DNA of 64,000 nt. Source: Candidatus Omnitrophota bacterium. Lineage in GTDB: Bacteria; Omnitrophota; Gorgyraeia; Zapsychrales; JANLHA01. The stretch lies in NCBI GenBank assembly GCA_023143685.1, contig JAGLHE010000055.1, positions 14,984-78,983 of the forward strand, given 5' to 3'. The stretch's first letter is position 1, and each line of letters opens with the position of its first letter. Under the pieces are notes generated by a model. That model ran no database searches. It worked only from the letters and a program-made list of their open reading frames with translations, and had not been told where the DNA came from. Shown piece by piece: positions 39,420-49,269 of the stretch. The translations under genes were made by a program, and so were the position numbers.

Positions 39420-40169
39420 ATGGAAAACAATAAAATCATTAACGCAGAAAAATTACCCCTTGAGGTTCAGAACAAGTTTATCCCTTACCTGAAGATGATG
39501 GTAGAGATTCATAAGGATCATCTAATTTCTGTTTTTATTTATGGGTCTGCCACAGGAAAAAATTATATACCAAAAGTTTCTGATATTAATTCCGTATTTA
39601 TTTTTAAAAACCTTGCCTTCGCATCGCTCACGGATAGTCTCAAGACAGTTTCCAAAGGAATTTCTAAAAAGATTGCGGCCCCATTATTCTTAACCAAGAA
39701 ACATATTGAAACTTCCCTGGATGTCTTTCCTATAGAATTCTTAGACATGAAAGAAAACTATATCTTGCTGTATGGCACGGATTTTTTATCTGCCTTAAAT
39801 ATCAAAGAGGAACATATCCGCCTTTTCTGCGAACAACAAATCAAAGGGAAACTGATACGGATACGCCAGGCTTACCTGGAGGTTGGGCTTAAGAAAAAAG
39901 GGTTGGAATCTTTATTAAAAGAATCTCTTAATTCACTCATTCCTGTTTTCAGAAATCTCATCCGTCTCAAGGGAAGCCAACCCCCAACGGAAAAAAGTGA
40001 GATCATTAAACAACTTTGTTCGGAATTCGGCCTTGATGAAAATGTTTTTCTGCCCATCTATAAAGACACAAGCAATGATGAAAAAATAGCCAATCAGGAC
40101 GTCGTTGTTTTCATAGAAAAATATTTGGACCAAATAAAAAATCTGGCTGTTGGAGTAGATCAGCTATGA
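39420..40169 (+). CDS. Nucleotidyltransferase-domain protein (pol-beta-like NTase fold)
   Basis: FIYGSATGKNYIPKVSDINSVFIF (GS..G...SD.D motif); its stop overlaps the start of the TPM gene (ATGA). Confidence 0.5.
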   Translation: MENNKIINAEKLPLEVQNKFIPYLKMMVEIHKDHLISVFIYGSATGKNYIPKVSDINSVFIFKNLAFASLTDSLKTVSKGISKKIAAPLFLTKKHIETSLDVFPIEFLDMKENYILLYGTDFLSALNIKEEHIRLFCEQQIKGKLIRIRQAYLEVGLKKKGLESLLKESLNSLIPVFRNLIRLKGSQPPTEKSEIIKQLCSEFGLDENVFLPIYKDTSNDEKIANQDVVVFIEKYLDQIKNLAVGVDQL

Positions 40170-40957
40170 CAAAAAAAATCAGTAAATTTACTAAATTTAT
40201 TCTAACGTTCTCCCTTTTCTTCTCTCTGTTAGTTTCTTCTACTCTGGCTCAAGAGGTGAAAATTCCCACTCGAGGGCAAGGTTATGTCAGCGACTTTGCA
40301 GGCCTGCTAAAACCGGCAGACAAGATGGCCATCACAAAATTTGCCAGTGAATTAGAAAAAAAGACTACAGCCCAGCTAGCCGTCGTTACGATTCAATCGA
40401 CTCAACCGGAAACAATACAAGGCTTTTCCGTTAGACTTTTCGATCAATGGAAGATAGGACAAAAGGGCAAGGACAACGGTGCTTTGATACTCGTTGCTGT
40501 TAATGATCGCAAGGCATGGATTACAACCGGTTATGGTTTAGAGGGGGCCATCCCTGATGTGATTGCAACTAAAGTGGTTCAGAAAAAAATGATCCCTTAC
40601 TTTAAAGGCGGACAGTATTCCCAAGGCATCAAAGAAGGCTCTATTTTTGTTATCAGCCTTATCGCAAAGGAATATGATGTCTCCATAACAGGCCAAGAGG
40701 CGCAAGTTTACCAAACGGTTCATCGAAAAAGCAGCCCATTGCAAATGCTTTTTACGATTCTTATGTTTATATTTATCATAAGTTCCCGTTCGGGTTTTCT
40801 GGGATATTTTTTGATGGGTTCTCTGCTCGGAGGCAGAAGACGGGGTGGGTATTGGCACGGAACAGGATTTGGTGGAGCCAGCGGAGGATTTTCAGGAGGT
40901 TTTGGCGGCTTTGGCGGCGGGATGACAGGCGGTGGTGGTGGCGGCGGGGGATGGTAA
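40166..40957 (+). CDS. TPM-domain protein (YgcG-like), signal peptide, C-terminal TM and Gly-rich tail
   Basis: VSDFAGLL..., conserved TPM fold features, GGGGGGGW tail. Confidence 0.7.
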   Translation: MTKKISKFTKFILTFSLFFSLLVSSTLAQEVKIPTRGQGYVSDFAGLLKPADKMAITKFASELEKKTTAQLAVVTIQSTQPETIQGFSVRLFDQWKIGQKGKDNGALILVAVNDRKAWITTGYGLEGAIPDVIATKVVQKKMIPYFKGGQYSQGIKEGSIFVISLIAKEYDVSITGQEAQVYQTVHRKSSPLQMLFTILMFIFIISSRSGFLGYFLMGSLLGGRRRGGYWHGTGFGGASGGFSGGFGGFGGGMTGGGGGGGGW

Positions 40958-41016
40958 CGGTTCAGGCAGGCCTAAACCCTACAGGATAAAAATATTCCAA
41001 AAACGGAGGTTAAAAA

Positions 41017-41583
41017 ATGAAAAAAATCTGGATTACCCTGGGTGTTGTTGTACTAGTTTTATTCATGACTTTTGGTTGGTATAAAGGGGGTTATAATCAA
41101 GCCATTGCTAAAGATGAGGAGGTTAAATCCGCATGGGCGCAAGTCGACAATCAACTGCAAAGAAGAAATGATCTTATCCCTAATCTTATCAGTACGGTCA
41201 AAGGGTTTGCCTCTCATGAAAAAGAAATCTTTACGGAAGTTACACGACTTAGAAGCCAATGGGGAAAATCTGCCTCTGTCGGACAAAAGGTTGAAAATGC
41301 CAACGCTATGGGTGGGGCCCTTTCGCGTCTTTTATTAGTCGCGGAGAATTACCCTCAACTCAAATCAAATGAAAATTTCTTAGCCTTACAGGCCCAACTG
41401 GAAGGCACAGAAAACAGAATAGCTGTCGAACGCATGCGATACAATCGTTCTGTTAAAGATTTCAACCGATTTCAGCGTTTATTTTTTGGACGATTTTTTG
41501 CAAGCCAGGCAGGGGTGACAGAACCGGCTGTGTATTTTGAAGCGGTTGAATCAGCATCCGAAGTGCCGGAAGTAAAATTTTAA
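41017..41583 (+). CDS. lemA: LemA family protein
   Basis: N-terminal TM, DEEVKSAWAQVDNQLQRRNDLIPNL, ENYPQLKSNENF motifs. Confidence 0.8.
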   Translation: MKKIWITLGVVVLVLFMTFGWYKGGYNQAIAKDEEVKSAWAQVDNQLQRRNDLIPNLISTVKGFASHEKEIFTEVTRLRSQWGKSASVGQKVENANAMGGALSRLLLVAENYPQLKSNENFLALQAQLEGTENRIAVERMRYNRSVKDFNRFQRLFFGRFFASQAGVTEPAVYFEAVESASEVPEVKF

Positions 41584-41677
41584 TCGCTGGTTTCATATTT
41601 TAATACGCTGCCAAACTTGAACGCGTGCATGTTCTTATCTTTTATGATGGCAGCTCTGATTTCCCTTTGATGTTTTC

Positions 41678-43258
41678 CTAACTCTTCATCCACGCAACGA
41701 GTCCGCCAGCGGCAATGAATACAGGCATAAGGAAAAGAAGTGCTGCAATCTGGCGTCTTTGCTTGCTTGTTAAATCCAATCGCTCGACCTTGATTTCTTT
41801 TTGATCAAGAAAAACTTTGTAATCCAACTCCGATAGCCAATTAATAATGTTCAGCCCCATCTCGGCGTTACTATACTGATCGATATAAACATTCGTCAGG
41901 AAATCGGCATCCGTAAAAACAATAATACGCGTATCTGATTGATCACCTTCCTCCTTTTCTTCCCAAATAACAAACGATATCGGTACCGGCCCTGGGGTGT
42001 CCACTGTTTCATCAAAATGTATTTCTAAGGCCCTGTTGGTCTCAGCCCAACTATTTTCTTTTGTTGCTGTCAATACAATGGGCGCGAGCTTAATTGATGA
42101 TCGACGTTCATCTAAAACAGTCATAGAGCGGGGACGGACATAAAATGTATAATCCAATCCTTCTGTTATCGCTTTATGACGCATGTAGTTTCGGGTTGCG
42201 GGGCTTCCGACATCCGATCCGGCGTGACTGCTTAAATCTATAACCATATCGGATTCAACATTCACTCCCCATTGATTGAGAATACTGTTTAAAGAAGGAT
42301 TTTTGTGTTTCTCTTCATCCGTTAAAGGTTTATCGGGCGTGGTTACAATAACGTGTTCAATGAGAAATAACGCATCCCCTCCCTTTTTTAAATATCCTTC
42401 AATCGCTGCCTCTTCTTTTTTTGTTAAATCATTCCGCGGTCCCGCGATGATAAGGACATCACAATCCTCAGGGATGTTCTCTTCAACACCTAACATAAGA
42501 GTTTTACTTATAGTGTTATTCGACTCCAACAGCTTTGCGAAAAGACTAAACCCCTGATTTTCTTCACTCGCCAATGCAAATTCTCCGTGACCCGTGAGAA
42601 AATAAACATGCCGCTCTTCCCTTGTCACACGCACAATGGCATTTGTTAATTGTTCCTCAGATAATGCTGCTTGAGTAAAATCAATGTCTCTGCGTTCATC
42701 TCCAGCACAGACAACAACCTTTCTTTCTTGACTGTTGATAACACTGCCGAATTGAGCCGCGTAGCCAATCTGCTCGATCGGATCGATGATTTCAGTTTTA
42801 ATATTTCCACCAGAAATTCTCTCGTATTCTTTAAACAGATCTTCCAAATATTTTGGCGGCAAACCAACATAAAGAGCCGTTAATTGAACAGGGGGGGTTA
42901 ACCCGGCAACGAACTCGGCAGTACTTGCTGTTAATGTATGCTGTTTAGCCCGCGTTACATCCCATCGCCATGGAAGAGAATACGCCAAATAATTTATTCC
43001 TGCGGAAAAGACGACAGAAAGAAAGACCACCGTCAAGATAACACCCGCCTTCTTCCACTGAGATAATTTGAAATGCCTTTGAGAAAATTTACCTTTATGG
43101 ATAAAGCATATTAATAAAGAAACAAGCCCCAATAAAGAAAGCGAAATCGTTAAAACACTAAAACGCTGTTCTACATAAAAAGAAACGATTCCCCACGTAA
43201 GACAGACCATTCCTAATCCGAACAGAATAGAGTAATTTTTATTATTTTTATGATTCAT
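41678..43258 (-). CDS. GldG-like auxiliary component of an ABC-type system (Gldg family)
   Basis: N-terminal TMs plus a large extracytoplasmic domain, C-terminal TM; downstream of the ABC-2 permease and ATPase. Confidence 0.55.
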   Translation of the reverse strand: MNHKNNKNYSILFGLGMVCLTWGIVSFYVEQRFSVLTISLSLLGLVSLLICFIHKGKFSQRHFKLSQWKKAGVILTVVFLSVVFSAGINYLAYSLPWRWDVTRAKQHTLTASTAEFVAGLTPPVQLTALYVGLPPKYLEDLFKEYERISGGNIKTEIIDPIEQIGYAAQFGSVINSQERKVVVCAGDERRDIDFTQAALSEEQLTNAIVRVTREERHVYFLTGHGEFALASEENQGFSLFAKLLESNNTISKTLMLGVEENIPEDCDVLIIAGPRNDLTKKEEAAIEGYLKKGGDALFLIEHVIVTTPDKPLTDEEKHKNPSLNSILNQWGVNVESDMVIDLSSHAGSDVGSPATRNYMRHKAITEGLDYTFYVRPRSMTVLDERRSSIKLAPIVLTATKENSWAETNRALEIHFDETVDTPGPVPISFVIWEEKEEGDQSDTRIIVFTDADFLTNVYIDQYSNAEMGLNIINWLSELDYKVFLDQKEIKVERLDLTSKQRRQIAALLFLMPVFIAAGGLVAWMKS

Positions 43259-43969
43259 TTATCGCCACAATCGATTTTCAATACTCAAACGGGTTAATAC
43301 AATACAAATTAAGATTCCATTTAAATAATACACAACGTCCCCAACCGTAATAATACCAACCGCAAAATTCTCCAAATGACTCCAAGTGCTAAGTTGTCGA
43401 ATAACAATTTCAGCCGGACCTCTGAAATATGCTGTGAAACTGATCGAGAAATATATAAGAAACAAAATGACATAAGAAGTCATCGCCGAAACAATTTGAT
43501 TACGTGTCCAAGACGATGTCATCATACCAATACTAAGAAAAAAAGCCCCTTCCAACCAAATCCCTAGATAACCTGTTAACGTTGTCATCCGGTCGGGGTT
43601 CCCGAAATATTCAACAATTCCATAATAAACAAAGGTCATGCTGATCATAATTGAAAAGAAAATCAAAGCCCCTAAATATTTCCCCAAGACAACAGCTGTA
43701 TTGGTCAACGGTGCTGTCATAAGAAACTCAATCGTTCCCGTTGATTTCTCCTCTGAAAATATCCTCATAGTTAAGAGCGGCACTAAAAAGACAAACATAA
43801 ATTCCATCACCTGAAAAACATCCTTTAGGGATACCTCTCGATTTTGGTCAATAATCATAAAAAAGAAGATGTTAAATATTGTAATCGTAAGGATGAGAAT
43901 AATATACGCGATCGGCGACTTAAAATAGGTGAGTAATTCTTTTTTTGCGATGGCGAAAACTTTATTCAT
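43259..43969 (-). CDS. ABC-2 family permease (GldF-like)
   Basis: Six TM segments, about 236 aa from the internal Met. Confidence 0.6.
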   Translation of the reverse strand: MNKVFAIAKKELLTYFKSPIAYIILILTITIFNIFFFMIIDQNREVSLKDVFQVMEFMFVFLVPLLTMRIFSEEKSTGTIEFLMTAPLTNTAVVLGKYLGALIFFSIMISMTFVYYGIVEYFGNPDRMTTLTGYLGIWLEGAFFLSIGMMTSSWTRNQIVSAMTSYVILFLIYFSISFTAYFRGPAEIVIRQLSTWSHLENFAVGIITVGDVVYYLNGILICIVLTRLSIENRLWR

Positions 43970-44708
43970 AATTCTCATTACTTTCGCTGTGCAGCTTAAT
44001 AAAAACTTCTTCAAGTGTCGGCTGAGTGCCTTGAGCATCATCCGGAGTTTTTAAAAGTATCTCTAATGATTCATCAACAATAATCCGGCCTGACTTAATA
44101 ATGAGCACTCTATGAGCAATTTGTTCAATCTCTGAGAGAATATGCGTGCTTAAAATTACAGTTCTCTTTTCTTCTATGTCTTTAATCAGATTGCGTATTT
44201 GTAAATTTTGCACCGGGTCGAGTCCGCTGGTTGGTTCATCTAAGATAAGCAATTTGGGTTCGTGGATAATGGCCTGTGCTATTCCTACACGCTGTTTGTA
44301 TCCTTTTGACAGCGTTTCTATAGTGTTATGCTTGACATTCTGTATATGACATTCTTCTAAGACTCTATCAATTTGGCAGCGTTGTTGTTTGAGGGGAACA
44401 TCTTTGATTTCCGCGGCAAACTTGAGATAATCTTTCACTGTCATATTTTCATAAAGCGGCGGGGTTTCCGGCAGGTATCCTATTTTTTGCCGAATCGTTA
44501 AAGAATTCCTGGCAATATCATCACCATCAATCATAACAGTTCCGGATGATGCTGGAAGATAGGAAGTTAAAATACGCATCAACGTGGTTTTGCCCGCGCC
44601 ATTTTGACCCAGGAAGCCTACGATCTCACCTTTATTAATTTCAAAGGAAACATCCTTCAAGGCCTGAAATGAACCGAAATATTTTGTAATATTTTTAGTT
44701 GTAATCAT
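43962..44708 (-). CDS. ABC transporter ATP-binding protein (GldA-like)
   Basis: Walker A GQNGAGKTT, signature LSKGYKQR, Walker B LLILDEP. Confidence 0.85.
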   Translation of the reverse strand: MITTKNITKYFGSFQALKDVSFEINKGEIVGFLGQNGAGKTTLMRILTSYLPASSGTVMIDGDDIARNSLTIRQKIGYLPETPPLYENMTVKDYLKFAAEIKDVPLKQQRCQIDRVLEECHIQNVKHNTIETLSKGYKQRVGIAQAIIHEPKLLILDEPTSGLDPVQNLQIRNLIKDIEEKRTVILSTHILSEIEQIAHRVLIIKSGRIIVDESLEILLKTPDDAQGTQPTLEEVFIKLHSESNENYE

Positions 44709-44753
44709 AATGCTTTCTGAAATAGGGTACTGATTATTTGGCGCCTTTCCCCT

Positions 44754-45278
44754 TTAGGCTCCTCCTTCACTAACGAACGAAAATAAAAATGCTAAAAGGA
44801 CGACCTGAATGATCCAGCCGATGATGCACACGCCAACCGCCCGACCAGTGCTTTTATAGTCAAGCGCCTGTCGCACTGCAATAACCATAGCGACCAGCAT
44901 CCAAATTCCAGCCACAGTGAAGACCAATTTAGTGAGCACCGGGATTATTCCTAAAACCCGTATCAGACCCGGTGCACTGGAAAAGCCGATCGTTCTTAAC
45001 AGTTCCCCATGATCGGCCTTTGTTTGCGCTTCGGGAAGGAATTTAGTGCCGATAAAATACGTGAGATACGCCCAGACATACCATCCCACTAACGCCACGA
45101 TTGTTCCCCAAAACAAATTTCTGCCTCCCATGGATATACTGCCGATGCCGGCAGCAAGGGAAGACAAAACCACCACGCCCATCGCCTGGCCTATGGACGT
45201 CTTATCAGCTTCCACCTCTTCATAAAGGTTCACATCTAACTTAGCTGCGCGAATCATGCGTTCAGTGAATTTCGACAC
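44754..45278 (-). CDS. Yip1-like membrane protein
   Basis: Four or five TM segments after a soluble N-terminus; 174 aa. Confidence 0.4.
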   Translation of the reverse strand: MSKFTERMIRAAKLDVNLYEEVEADKTSIGQAMGVVVLSSLAAGIGSISMGGRNLFWGTIVALVGWYVWAYLTYFIGTKFLPEAQTKADHGELLRTIGFSSAPGLIRVLGIIPVLTKLVFTVAGIWMLVAMVIAVRQALDYKSTGRAVGVCIIGWIIQVVLLAFLFSFVSEGGA

Positions 45279-45485
45279 AGGCGCCTCCTTTTTAAATTAT
45301 CCAACCCCATCCACCTCCGTGGGGAGAAGGAAACATTCGGGGACATAATACTCATTTTTAGGCTTTCCATTAAATATTACGCCACCGGAATTATAAATGG
45401 ATTTATAACATTTTAGCACAAAAAAATGGACAAAATATCCCCTGTTGAATGCTTTCTGCTGCAGAATTTTTTCTGTTTTCTTATC

Positions 45486-45569
45486 CTATTGTTTTTTTGA
45501 CTTTTGTTCCTGTTTTGATTGCTTATGTTTACTACTCTTAGCCTTATCCTTCTTGCCTTTGTCTCCCAT
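45486..45569 (-). CDS. Candidate small lysine-rich peptide (27 aa) with a strong Shine-Dalgarno
   Basis: GGAGG 7 nt upstream of the ATG; MGDKGKKDKAKSSKHKQSKQEQKSKKQ. Confidence 0.2.
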   Translation of the reverse strand: MGDKGKKDKAKSSKHKQSKQEQKSKKQ

Positions 45570-45736
45570 TGCATACCTCCTCTCTTAACGAAGTTCTTTT
45601 TTTTAGAAGCTGTCTTTTCTGGGGCACATATACCAATATAATTTTACTCCAATAAAAAACCCTTCGCAACTAATTAAGCTACTAAGGACAAAATTAAATT
45701 TTTTATTTTCGTCTCGTTTGGGGTATCCCAACAAAT

Positions 45737-45797
45737 CATTGACTCACAACGGGTTAGAAGGTGGGGTGGCTGGCTGAAGCAAGTTAGAACCTGTTTC
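45737..45797. repeat. Cassette-boundary repeat, copy 1 (3' end of the Fic gene; the Fic stop codon lies inside it)
   Basis: cattgactcacaacgggttagaaggtggggtggctggctgaagcaagttagaacctgttt. Confidence 0.7.
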
Positions 45798-46806
45798 ATG
45801 CTAAACTGTACTTAACCGCCCGCGTTGTCCCCTCCTTAACTACGATACCACACTTAACTAACGGCGCAATAAGCTGATTCACCCTTGCCCTGTTTATTTG
45901 CATATATTCACAAATTTGGGCAGAACCCATAATGCCATGCCCGGAAAGAAGATTTAACAATTCTTCTTGCTTTGGTGTTAACCGCATTTTCTTTGCTGCT
46001 TTAGTGCGCTTAACCATTTTTAACCGACGAGATACTTCGTGAACAGAATCCAACAACCCCTCAGCCACATAATCAATCCAATAAGTATAATCCCCGTCCA
46101 TATCACGGGTCTGCTGAATCATATCATAATAGCGCCCTCGATCCGCTGCAAAAAAATCATCAAGGCCAAGGGTATACAACGGATCATATCCTTTTTCAAA
46201 AAGCAACCACTGAGACGCCACCCTGGCGACGCGCCCGTTTCCATCAACAAATGGATGAATGGTTACAAACTCATGGTGAAAAATAGCATTTATAACAATA
46301 GGATGATTTTCTTGAGATTTTTTAACCCAATTAAGAAGGCTAGACATGCGTTGCGCAACTTTTCCAGGAGCAGGCGGTGTACAGACAACGACATTTCTTG
46401 AATTAACAACATAATTCTGCACATGCCTGTATTTTCCACACTTGCTTTCTGCCAACATCCCATTAGTCATCATTTCATGGAGCCTTAACAATCTCTTCTC
46501 AGTTAAATTCTTGTCTCTATTTTGAAGAATCCACTTGACGGCTTTAATACAATTATTAACCTCTCGCTTTTGGTCTTCCTCTGCGATCACATTCTTATTA
46601 GCTGCCAACGCAACAACTTGATCAAAAGATAGCCTGTTACCTTCAATCCAGGTAGACGAGTGAACACTACGATTAATAAATTCTCTCTCTAGTCTAACCT
46701 GTAAAGGTAGAGTAATATCAGCGCGTTTGATAAAGGAAACCTGGGAAGCGATTTTCTCGCAACACTTCACAAAGCAATTTGACATTCGATATTGAGGATT
46801 AAGCAT
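45796..46806 (-). CDS. Fic family protein (AMPylation/Doc-like) with C-terminal wHTH
   Basis: Fic motif HPFVDGNGRVAR; the N-terminal extension in the ORF track overlaps repeat copy 2, so the internal start was chosen. Confidence 0.8.
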   Translation of the reverse strand: MLNPQYRMSNCFVKCCEKIASQVSFIKRADITLPLQVRLEREFINRSVHSSTWIEGNRLSFDQVVALAANKNVIAEEDQKREVNNCIKAVKWILQNRDKNLTEKRLLRLHEMMTNGMLAESKCGKYRHVQNYVVNSRNVVVCTPPAPGKVAQRMSSLLNWVKKSQENHPIVINAIFHHEFVTIHPFVDGNGRVARVASQWLLFEKGYDPLYTLGLDDFFAADRGRYYDMIQQTRDMDGDYTYWIDYVAEGLLDSVHEVSRRLKMVKRTKAAKKMRLTPKQEELLNLLSGHGIMGSAQICEYMQINRARVNQLIAPLVKCGIVVKEGTTRAVKYSLA

Positions 46807-46908
46807 AATGAAAGCATAACATATTGTATAGCTTTTGTATAGGATATTGTATAGGACGACTATCCAGGAGGCCGATTCTTCGTCTAATACCAAAAAAAAC
46901 CCGCCACA

Positions 46909-46974
46909 AGTCATTGACTCGCAACGGGGTAAGAGGTGGGGTCGGTGGCTGAAGCAGGTTAGAACCTGTTTAAC
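46909..46974. repeat. Cassette-boundary repeat, copy 2 (3' end of the NYN gene)
   Basis: agtcattgactcgcaacggggtaagaggtggggtcggtggctgaagcaggttagaacctgtttaac. Confidence 0.7.
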
Positions 46975-46990
46975 AATCTAAACCATTACT

Positions 46991-47623
46991 CTACCAGCTA
47001 TCTGGCTTATAAATTTCGTCATCCCCTACTTTGAACGGACTAGAAAGCAAATTATTGATATATTGTTTTTTGCCAATAGAGAAAGATTTTGGAGCAATTC
47101 TTGCCAATTCACTATTCTTTCTATTAAAAGGAAATGCAAAAAGAAAAGTTTTATCCTCAAAAATCCTTTCACACACTTCTACAGCAGGAAAAAGATCTGT
47201 GTCCCCAGAGACAACAACAATCTGATCACAATCATCGCAATGACAAAGTTCAAACATTTTAAGTGCAATGGAAACATCCGTTTCCTTTTCCTCATGTTTA
47301 AGAATGTTACTTTTACACCGATGACAATATACGTCTTTCTCCTTAAAACGCCCCCTTACGACCTTTATATTTAAACTTTCTAAACACTTAATGTAGGTTA
47401 AATGCCTTTCAATTTTTTCAGGATACCTAGACTCTAAGTAAAACGGTATGGCTGTAAAATAGTAAATATCTTGCAAAACTGCATCACGTCCAAATAAAGA
47501 CAGATAAGATTCACAAAGAGAACGTACGTTAAGCCATTTCGCCTTATACCGAGTTTTTTGCTCTAAACTTCGAATCGAGTGATATAAATTAAATCCATCA
47601 ATCAAAAAACAAACCCTCATCAT
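46991..47623 (-). CDS. NYN-domain protein (LabA/DUF88-like predicted RNase)
   Basis: CFLIDGFNLYH, TDVSIALKMFEL, VVVSGDTDLFPAV motifs. Confidence 0.65.
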   Translation of the reverse strand: MMRVCFLIDGFNLYHSIRSLEQKTRYKAKWLNVRSLCESYLSLFGRDAVLQDIYYFTAIPFYLESRYPEKIERHLTYIKCLESLNIKVVRGRFKEKDVYCHRCKSNILKHEEKETDVSIALKMFELCHCDDCDQIVVVSGDTDLFPAVEVCERIFEDKTFLFAFPFNRKNSELARIAPKSFSIGKKQYINNLLSSPFKVGDDEIYKPDSW

Positions 47624-47864
47624 AGTCCCCCTACAAAAGAAAACCTCCGGATCGTAACCCGGAGGTGGCCAGTGGTCTCCCACTGGGGATGAAATTTGTA
47701 TATATATTTAAATATCTCTTTATCCATTTAAAGTGTACACCATTTTATTCATCTGTACCACAAAATGCAAGACTTTTTTCAAAGCACTAAAAGTTGCCAA
47801 AAATCCTTTCGGAAAGCTATCAAAATCTTACCAAGCACCCGCCAAAACCATGTCTTTAAATATC

Positions 47865-47910
47865 CGTTTGAACCGGAGTGGCTGGCTGAAGCAGGTTAGA
47901 ACCTGTTTAA
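47865..47910. repeat. Cassette-boundary repeat, copy 3 (partial; 3' end of the kinase fragment)
   Basis: ggagtggctggctgaagcaggttagaacctgtttaa. Confidence 0.65.
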
Positions 47911-47961
47911 TACTTAATTAAATATTGTGTCCCCTTATTTTTTTACAAACAAACTTAATTT

Positions 47962-48519
47962 TCAAACATATTGCTTAATTAACGCTGTTAACCTATTAGC
48001 ATTCACAGGTTTTGTGATATACCCGTTCATTCCGGCATCTATACATTTACCCTCCACCCAATCCACCACATGAGCGGTTAAAGCGAGTATGGGAACATTT
48101 TTATCGATATCTCTTCTGATTATCTCTGCCGCTTCATACCCATCTATCCGGGGCATCTTTAAGTCCATAAGCACCAGGTCATATTTCTTTCTTTTCATCT
48201 CCTTAATAACCTCTTCGCCATTACACACAAACCGGATATGACATTCAGCATCAGCGAACAATTCCATCATCAATTTCCTGCTATCTTCATCATCTTCGGC
48301 TACCAGGATATTAACCCCGGCAAGGGCCACTTCCCCGTCAGGCCGCTCCAATAAAACTTCTTTGACTTCCTCTGCCGGAGCCCCCAACTCTTTCATTTTT
48401 AAACAAAATGAAAACTTGCTGCCCTTGCCCATCTGAGACTTCACGGCCATCTCTGAACCCATCTCTTTTACAAGCGTCCGCACGATATGCAGGCCCATCC
48501 CAACACCTTCTCTATCCAT
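47962..48519 (-). pseudogene. Truncated hybrid histidine kinase fragment (end of HATPase_c G2 box + receiver domain)
   Basis: Starts in GVGMGLHIV (G2 box) and is followed by a complete receiver (ILVAEDDE...DLVLMDLKMP...TKP); no HisKA or sensor lies upstream. Confidence 0.6.
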
Positions 48520-48553
48520 GCCTTTTTCTGCTTTATAAAATCGGACATAAGGT

Positions 48554-48907
48554 TCAAAAATATGAATTCTCTAACGTAATCCTAATATGATTCATACCCA
48601 ATGAATGCTGTACTTTTACTAACAAACTCTTTCCTCTAACCTTAAAATTCGGGATATCATCATAATAAGGTTTCAACATTTCAAATATCTTCTTATCCTC
48701 AATAAACCAAACCCCATATTTATAAACACCATAAGGCTGATGCGTAATCCCTAAATCATTCATAGTTACTCTTACTGAATGCTCACTCTTCCATCTTCGA
48801 AAATACTCCATAACATCACTAACTCGCACAATACCCTGCTCTGCAACAAATCTTAATATCTGCATCTTAATTAATTGTCTCTTCATCCTGAAACCTCCAA
48901 TCTCCAA
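48554..48907 (-). CDS. Hypothetical protein
   Basis: 117-aa ORF, no recognised motif. Confidence 0.3.
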   Translation of the reverse strand: MEIGGFRMKRQLIKMQILRFVAEQGIVRVSDVMEYFRRWKSEHSVRVTMNDLGITHQPYGVYKYGVWFIEDKKIFEMLKPYYDDIPNFKVRGKSLLVKVQHSLGMNHIRITLENSYF

Positions 48908-49269
48908 AATAATTTTATTCTCTAACTTTATATAATCTTCTCTTCAATGATACCTAAGGGTCGTTTAAGACCCCTATTTCTCAAATCAAAACGTTGGTTG
49001 AGAGAGAGGGGTCTTGAACAATCTGCGAACGCCAGTGACCAGATTCCCTTTGGTAGCATTGAAGTTAGAAGATTCATTTCCTTCATATGACTTTCACGAA
49101 TGAAACTTTAATGAAATTCTTGTGAGATTTCTAAAACTTCCAATCATCTAATAAAAAAGGACATACTCGTGGGTATCCCGCCACAATTATGCCCTCTTTA
49201 TACTGCTAAAATTTAGTTGATCAGACCAAATTTTCCTCAATAATCACAAAGATCAATTTATTTCCACTT

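Noticed and set aside
40840-40957. GGTGG/GGCGG-rich tandem repeat
   Set aside because: It is the in-frame Gly-rich C-terminal tail of the TPM protein (GGFGGGMTGGGGGGGGW). It is coding low complexity, not a DNA-level element.
46807-46914. N-terminal extension of the Fic ORF
   Set aside because: It overlaps cassette repeat copy 2 and has no Fic-family counterpart. An internal Met gives a typical ~330-aa Fic protein.
45737-47910. Classical integron attC sites
   Set aside because: A GTTAAAC core-like motif exists, but it is at the gene-proximal rather than the distal end. The repeat lacks the R''/L''-L'/R' symmetric structure of attC, and no intI is in the window. Kept only as a cassette-like hypothesis.
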